A stretch of DNA of 63,994 nucleotides, the filler included, from Stramenopiles sp. TOSAG23-2 (Eukaryota), in the NCBI GenBank assembly GCA_900128395.1. It is 3 parts of 3 records of this genome, joined end to end, with 100 filler letters (N's around TTAATTAATTAA, not from the genome) between each part and the next. Parts side by side here need not be neighbours in the genome. Positions count along the whole stretch, not along the records: positions 44,087 to 63,994 come from LT649569.1; 2 more parts are not named here. The stretch is one strand, 5' to 3'. The notes under the pieces were generated by a model. It searched no databases. It was not told the origin of the DNA and saw only the letters and a program-made list of their open reading frames with translations. The position numbers and the translations under genes were made by a program. This document shows positions 56,935 to 63,994 of the stretch, one piece after another; position 1 is the first letter of the stretch; every line of letters begins with the position of its first letter.

Positions 56935-57865
56935 TTAATTTTTTACATTATTTATCATTCGTTCGAGGATAGTGGTGTTCAGTACTACAGGGTAACCAAG
57001 GAATGAGTCATCAAACACGCTTTTTGTTCTCAACACCGCTCGATTGCTCTCCAGCTGGTTCAGCAAGAGATTTTGCACTTTGACTCGTCGCAAGCCATGC
57101 CCGGCTCTCTCCACCAATGATATCCTCCGTCATTTTAACTAGGTGGTCAATACATTGTGTATTTGCACGAGACGTCTGGTCTAGGCATTATGCGTTGTTC
57201 GTTTGAGCCTGTATCAGAGAGGATGGTATCGACGAGCTCCGACATGTTGTTCATTTGGAGCTTCTCAAGGGCGGTCCTCGTGGCCACCATGGCCTCGCTC
57301 TCTTTTTCTTGCGCAAGGGTCGCAACTTCGGTCCCCTTGTTACCACCAACACCACCAACAACAGTACGAGCACTGATAAAGACTAAGGGGATACTGCAGT
57401 TGCCGTGTCTCTTATGACGTGTCTTGGACATGAACACCTCCTCCGCACCTTCTTTCCCAAACTTATACCGTATCCCTAGCCGCCGAACCCCGCCGAAAGC
57501 CAAACGAATGCCAAAGTCAAAATGCTTCTCGTACCAAGTAGGATCTTCCTTTGGGTCCAAACGCAACTCGTTGTTTGATACGTCTGCCTGCACAATGGCA
57601 GTTACGTCCTTAAATCCGGAAAGTGCCGTGGTGGCCAATTGTTTAGCATTCCAAAGGTCTTGCGTCCAACCGTAGCGCGATTCCAAAATAATTAACTCAT
57701 CGCCTCCGGCTCCAAGACCACCAGTAAGGACCATCGGTTCCCTAGCCTCGTCACGCTTCGGCAGTCCTTTTTTTTGTTTTTCCATGTTGTTGGCAAACGT
57801 CGATAAGGTGGCTTCAACTCACCTCCAGTCTCTCAATGCATTCTTTCCGTCTCGCGGTTGCGTTT
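56935..57865 (-). pseudogene. GC-rich decayed ORF of unknown origin (possible mobile-element relic)
   Basis: 212-aa ORF with an in-frame TGA at 57821-57819 upstream and frameshifted continuations downstream. Composition is visibly more GC-rich than the flanks. Confidence 0.4.
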
Positions 57866-58298
57866 TCAATATTATAATTATTATTATATGATGATTGTAT
57901 GATGAATTGTAGTGGTGATTGGTGATGTGTGTGATGTGTGATATGTGTGATATATGGATATTGATTATTAATTTATTATTAATTATTAATTAATATGTCC
58001 ACATTATAATAGAATTAATGATGAGGGAAAATAACGGCCCTGGCCCCTTCGCTAGCGCTCGGAATTCCTGATTAAGGGCAGTAAAAGCTATGAGGCAGGC
58101 TCGTAATGGTGTCTCGTCTTCTACGTCTTGCTTCTCGCTCCTTTTAAAAATGAAGCAAGGAGAGCGAAGCGACGTATAGATATTTTGATATATATTTAAT
58201 TCGCCGTATTATAATATACGCTTATATGATGTGTAAATATACTTCTCTTTTTATATTATATATATTATATATAAATATTTTTAAAATATTATAAAAAT

Positions 58299-58973
58299 TC
58301 ACTTCAACATATCACGCCCACGCCAATAAGATTCACCATAGCTAGCATATAATTCTTCACCTGGTTCAATACATCGTAACGAATAGACTAATGCACATGC
58401 ATCTTTTTCAAGTTTTTTAAATTCTACATTAATTTTTGTTTTATCAAAATTATCATTAATGTAACGTGCTAAGATATTTAAATGTTTACTAGCATCTACA
58501 TGTACATTCAATCCAAATCCACCCATAATATAATCTTTCTCTGACATTGGTAATTTTAAGACTTGTGCAAATGAAAGTTTTGTACCTCTATATATACATA
58601 GTAACTGACCTTTTTCAATTTTCTTAGCAGCAAATAACCCATTACCAGCTTGTTCAATTAAAGATTTAGAAACAAGAAGCATATTATTTGCAACATGACC
58701 ACGCACATATATGCACAAAATTTCGATCTCTTCAATTGATAGTAAATGTTGATCCTTGTTTTCCCTTAGCTTTATTAAACCACGCTTTAATAAATATTTA
58801 TAAGCTGCTTTATGATTTAATTTTGTACCATTTCTATTTGATAAAATTAACCATAACCTTTTATTTATTTCTTTACATAATATTTCACATTGTTTTAAAA
58901 TTATATTATACCTTTGTCTTTTATACATGGTATATGTTATTGTTGCACATGATAGTACAAACGTTATGTTCAT
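58299..58973 (-). CDS. Minimal SET-domain methyltransferase
   Basis: AGNGLFAAKKIEKG, ARYIND and IEPGEELYASYGESYW. First ATG at 58973. Confidence 0.85.
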   Translation of the reverse strand: MNITFVLSCATITYTMYKRQRYNIILKQCEILCKEINKRLWLILSNRNGTKLNHKAAYKYLLKRGLIKLRENKDQHLLSIEEIEILCIYVRGHVANNMLLVSKSLIEQAGNGLFAAKKIEKGQLLCIYRGTKLSFAQVLKLPMSEKDYIMGGFGLNVHVDASKHLNILARYINDNFDKTKINVEFKKLEKDACALVYSLRCIEPGEELYASYGESYWRGRDMLK

Positions 58974-59806
58974 TGTTGTTGTTCTATTGTAGCAGTGGTT
59001 GTTACAAAATGATATGAATGCTTGATGTTTTTTTACTTCTTGATACGCAATGTACAAACCATGTCACTTGAAATAATTATTTTTCTAGAATTTTAAAAAT
59101 GTTTTTGTTGAATATATTAGTAGCACATTATGTGCTTCTTCTTTCTTAATTAATTTTGTTGCTTTTTTTACCAAGTATTATGTACTATTTCAAAATTATT
59201 AGAATTATGTTTCTTATATTTTTGTTACCTTAACCGTGAGATTTGTCAAAAGCCATTCCCGTGTTCAAAGGCACTATTATAAATTATTCGTCGTTTAATA
59301 TCAATTAGAATATATTAAGGAAATAATAGAACAGGATCACAGCAATAACAATTTTTTCGGAGAATTCGGTCTGATAAATATTTATTTAAAAAATGGAAAT
59401 ATTTGGAATTTTGATCATCTAAAAAAAGAAAATAAAATCAAAACAGGTTTAGGTTGCATATAGCATTAAAAAATAAAACGATATAGGGTTAAATGTAGCC
59501 TAACACTACCACGACTACGACTACATAAAAATTGAATTTTTTTGCTGCTGCATCATCTGTAAATTATAACCCACCACCACCATAGCTACTACTAATGCAA
59601 TTCTAATAATTCTAATAATATATATACAGTTATTACTAGATATGAATAATTATATTAGAAAGAAATGAAAGTAGTTTTATAGAATTTAGAGATGTACAGT
59701 AGATGGATAGATAAATAGATAGATAGATATTTATTGTATATATTTGTGTTTGAAATTGATTGTACGTACAGATTAAAGTCAATTACATATATATACACTT
59801 AATACA

Positions 59807-62400
59807 ATGCCAAAAGCACCTCCACGGCGTAGTACACGTCAAAGGCGTGCGAAACAAAAAGCAGCTACTGCATTAAAGAAAAAACAACAACAAACAAAAC
59901 AAGCAAAAAAAAGTAATAGTAAGAAGAAAAAGACGACGTCATCATCAACGAACAAATTAAATAATTCAAAAAAGACTACATATTTAAAACGACCACGAAG
60001 AGATACTAATCGTCGAGGTAGGAAAAAAAAAATTGCAAAGGGTATTGCATTTAAAAAATGTGTACATATGTCTTTCGATATTTCACAAGTTCATGCTAGG
60101 GTTTCAAAACCAACAACATGGACGTGTGCATGTGATGTTAGCAGTGATGTATGGATGTGTCTTACCTGTGGTGCTGTAGGTTGCTCAAGGGACAAAAATA
60201 AACATGCACTGGAACATTATGAAGAAACGAAGCATCCAATTGCTATTTGTTTAAATACAAAGCATTGTTGGTGCTTTGCTTGCGATGAATGGGTAACAGA
60301 GGATAATCAACGGTCTGAATTAGATTTAATACGAAGTTTATTAACTGACGTCCAAAGTCAAGAATTTAGTGCATCTTATACAAGAAGTGGGAAACTTATT
60401 AGATCAAAACAAGAAGCATGGAACTTCAAATTTGCACGTGGCATGGGAGCATTTGTATCGTTTGCTGTCTCTGCAAAGCAAGCAAGAAAAGATAAAGATT
60501 TTACGGCACAATTTTATTACGATCGATGGATACAAGTAAAATGTATAGAAGCATGGAGAAGGTATGTAATAGCTAAAAAAAGTGGAAACAATAATTATGA
60601 ACAAACAACTAGCCCAGATTCATCGCCATCACCATTGTTACGATTAGCTGTTAGTGGTAAAAGTCCTTCATCGTCTAATAATAATCGTCCATCTGTATTG
60701 CCTTTGTTAGATGATGAACGTATGTCCATTGATCCAAGATCAGGTTTGTCGTTAAAATCTCCATCACCACAATCATATAGGGCACGTGAACAAAAAGAAG
60801 CCGAAGATGAAAATAATAAAAATGCAAAAACACCCAAAAGAGCTCTTTCGAAGAGGAAACGAAAGAAAGTATTGTTGCCAGGTCGTGTTGGGATGACAAA
60901 TCTTGGGAATACATGTTACATTAATTCAGTCTTTCAAGCGTTAAGTCATACAAAAAAATTTTGGAAATATTTCAGTAAGTAAGGAGAAAGGATATATATA
61001 TATATATTTAATTATATCTTATAAAATGTAACACAACCAACTAACACACAAAGTGCTTTTTTTTACTTTATATAGTAAAATTTCGAATTGAAAATTTTGG
61101 GCATAATGATAGTAGCAGTAATAGCAGTAGCAGTACTGAAAATGATAGTAGTGGAAATGACGATGATGATGATGATGATGGATTCTCATTATTGGATATT
61201 AAAGGATCATCTTCCAGCAATAAGCATATACCGCAATTAAGGAGACAAACTAGTGAGGAATTATATGAACATGCCAAAAGCAAGGAAAATAAAAAGAAAG
61301 GAACTGCAGTATCGCTTTGTTATGAAATTCATAGCTTGCTTCGAGTGTTGTGGAGTGGTAAATGGGGTGTGGTAACTCCAAATAATCTTGTATTTGGCAT
61401 ATGGCGTTTTATTCCATGGTTTCGTAGTTATAGGCAACAAGATGCACATGAATTTTTCAATTGTTTCATAGACCGTGTAAATACTGAATTATTGCAAGAA
61501 AGCAAAAAGCATACAAATTTAGCAAAGAAATTCAAAGAGAATAATCCAAGAATCAATTTAAACATAAGTACGAAATATGTTGAACATCAACATGTTGCAA
61601 AACGAACATTTGAATTTGCAAAGAAAACATTTATTGGGTCTACAAGGCAAAAAGTAACTTGCAGCGTTTGTAAGAATGTATCCGTCACTGATATGGAGTT
61701 TCCATCTTTGCAAGTAAATATACCATTGCATTTGCAAAAAAAACAACAATGGCAGCGGAAAAAGGGTGGTAAACGTGGTAGTAGAAAAGGCAAACGTGGT
61801 AATAATAAAGAAGATGATGATGGCAATAAAACGAAAATTGAGGATTGTAAATTAGAGGATTGCATCAGGCATCTTATACGAGAGGAGAAACTGGAAGGCG
61901 ATGCGAAATATGCTTGTGATCATTGTAAATGTCATCAAGTTGCTACAAAGCAGGTAAAAATAAATGCATTGCCACAAATTTTAGTCATAAACATTAATCG
62001 TGCAAGATGGGATCTTCGTGGGACAAGACATAAAATAAAGGACCATGTAGAATTTCCTTTAAAAAATCTTGATCTTAGTTATGCATGTTGGGATGATGAT
62101 GATATAGAAGAAGAAAAAGTATTGTATAATTTATCATCGATTGTTAGTCATCATGGTGGTGGTTTAGATAAAGGTCATTACTCTGCTTTATGTCTAGATG
62201 CTGGTGACAGAAATACATGGATGCATTTTAATGACCGTCGTTGGTCAATCGAAGAACCAGAAGAGGTTGAAAGCTCCCAAGCATATTTATTGTTTTACGA
62301 AATAAATACAAACTTATCTAGTAATGAAATTGAAGAGTATACCCAGCAAGTTGCAAAACCTAATAGGAGCAGTGATATTGCTAATATTGCTTTTGTGTAA
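59807..62400 (+). CDS. USP44/USP49-like deubiquitinase with zf-UBP; exons 59807-60974 and 61076-62400
   Basis: zf-UBP WMCLTCGAVGCSR...HALEH; Cys box GMTNLGNTCYINS; LRVLWSGKW...QQDAHEF; His box HHGGGLDKGHY...FND. Confidence 0.9.
60975..61075 (+). other. Spliceosomal intron (101 nt, phase 1)
   Basis: GTAAGT donor, ACTAAC branch point at 61040-61045, pyrimidine tract and TAG acceptor. Splicing restores the frame. Confidence 0.9.
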
Positions 62401-62613
62401 ACGGTGTGCACACGATACTTTGTATGAAGCGGCGTAATGTAATTGGGAGAGAGAAGGGCGAGAGAGATAATATATATTGATGGTACTCGTAATATATTAG
62501 AGAGATAATATATATAATTAAGTATGATATAATGGTTCAAATCTAAGTTTAAAAATGAAAATATAAAATATTTATGTATAATTAAAATCTCACACACATA
62601 AATCCCTCACACA

Positions 62614-63600
62614 CTAATTTATCATTTTCACAGACGATGAATCCTGTTTGTTTTGTTTAAATATTGAATATGTAGCTACACCAACAGCCACCAAAATTAT
62701 TCCAAAAACATTACTGCCACTTAACGATGTACCAAAAATAATTACTGAAAAACTTATTACAACTACTTGCCTTACTGAATTCAAAACTGCATGATATGAC
62801 ATTCGAATTTTGCCTAACATAATGTAAGAGGCAGCGTTGTATAACGTAAAGCATGCACTATTTGCTGCTAAAATTGCATAATGGTTTGTTAATTGATATA
62901 CGCCAGTCGATATATTTAATAACGAAACTGATTCGTAATCATTGTAAAGTTTCTCGGCAATAAGTATAAACAATAGTATTATACTAGCAAATATACACGT
63001 CACGTAATAAATATTTTCCCCAGAAATTTTATTCAATTTCAATGAATTCGTTTTTTGATGTAAAAATTTAACAAATAATGACCTACAACTAAAAGACATA
63101 TCGCAAAAAAACAAAACAATAATTCCAATAGTTGTCCATGATTTATCTGAGCCGGCGCAAAAACTAACGCCAATCACAATAACTAAGACAGCTATCCATT
63201 GGAACGTTGTGATTTTTTCGGATAAGAATATTAAACTAAGAAGGCAGGTAATAACCGGTTCGAAACCTCTACAAGTAACAGCAAATGACACACTGACCAT
63301 TTGAAGTCCCATTTGCAATAAAATAAAACCCGAAATATATGCAAGAGTTATGTATAAAAATGGCAATTTCAACGTGTTTATTTTATCCATTTTAATATTC
63401 AAATTAATCAAGCCAGTAATCCCAAAAAGATTCAAATAAATAATTGAAAAAATCATCTGTGATACTAAAAGCTGTAATTTAGTTAAAATATTTTTTTGCA
63501 TAATTACTTTTGTAGTTGTCGTAGCAATACAAGAAGATGAATACCATACTATTCCAACTATTAGTAAACTAGCTAAAGAAGAAGATGATTCGTTTTTCAT
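62614..63600 (-). CDS. Triose-phosphate/nucleotide-sugar transporter family (SLC35E-like, DMT)
   Basis: About 10 TMs; WYSSS, VSVSFAVTCRGFEP, HAVLNSVRQVVVISFSVIIFG. Confidence 0.85.
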   Translation of the reverse strand: MKNESSSSLASLLIVGIVWYSSSCIATTTTKVIMQKNILTKLQLLVSQMIFSIIYLNLFGITGLINLNIKMDKINTLKLPFLYITLAYISGFILLQMGLQMVSVSFAVTCRGFEPVITCLLSLIFLSEKITTFQWIAVLVIVIGVSFCAGSDKSWTTIGIIVLFFCDMSFSCRSLFVKFLHQKTNSLKLNKISGENIYYVTCIFASIILLFILIAEKLYNDYESVSLLNISTGVYQLTNHYAILAANSACFTLYNAASYIMLGKIRMSYHAVLNSVRQVVVISFSVIIFGTSLSGSNVFGIILVAVGVATYSIFKQNKQDSSSVKMIN

Positions 63601-63994
63601 ATTGAATATATATATATATATATATATAGTTGTCCACGTATTTAAAATTGAATAAATATATTATCAATCTACATTTTATATAGTTTGATGGTAAATGTGA
63701 TCTATTCCTTTTCCATTTGATTCTTTACAGATAAAGTAATAATCTTCATGCTGGCATTCATATTATTATTGCTTCGGCACTTCGAGAAAAGAGGAGGACG
63801 GAGGACCAGAGGACGAGGACGAGGAAGATTGATTTATTGATTTTTTTTGGCGTTTTTACTGGAATGGATTTTTGTACTTGTTACTCTATTTTTATGGTCC
63901 TATTAATATTTTTATTTTGCCTTAGGCCTTAGGATTTATTATACTCTACGTCGTTAAAAGGTGTAGATTTTGAAGAAAGAAGGTGTAGATTCCT

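Noticed and set aside
57819-57821. Selenocysteine or alternative-code TGA
   Set aside because: No redox motif or SECIS was seen, and TGA ends several other genes normally.
404-62597. Numerous short antisense or alternative-frame ORFs in the ORF track
   Set aside because: They are shadows of real genes or of microsatellite and low-complexity tracts.
63250-63275. tRNA T-loop-like GGTTCGAAACC
   Set aside because: It lies inside the transporter CDS (antisense to codons GFEP) with no cloverleaf.

Overview
AT-rich, gene-dense, intron-poor eukaryotic DNA. It is probably from a heterotrophic protist (stramenopile-like; this is an inference from gene content and style, with no marker gene seen). The window is not contiguous: three contigs (1-21953, 22054-43986, 44087-63994) are joined by artificial N44-TTAATTAATTAA-N44 spacers. 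Recognisable genes include an OTU deubiquitinase, a PLAC8 protein, a flavin monooxygenase, a giant EF-hand/IQ/Tudor protein, a RAD16-like SNF2 ATPase, TCP11, a TLC-like membrane protein, an acid-ceramidase-like Ntn hydrolase, RICTOR, a SET protein, a USP44/49-like DUB (one clear intron) and a TPT-family transporter. Many 83-420 bp local duplications and one inverted templated insertion look like amplification (MDA) or assembly artefacts. The most interesting biology lies in unusual domain architectures. The best case is a membrane protein with a Cys-rich ectodomain, a cytoplasmic TIR/HET-like domain and ankyrin repeats (a possible Toll-like-receptor analogue). Others are a GILT-TM-RING-H2 ligase, a type II membrane 2OG-dioxygenase/methyltransferase fusion, a multi-TM-LRR-LNR protein, a zf-PARP-RAD16 with two RINGs, and a ceramidase-saposin fusion. 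Non-coding items include a foldback/MITE-like family, a 68-70 bp minisatellite, a GC-rich decayed island and recurrent intergenic motifs. All calls are by eye; no database searches were run.
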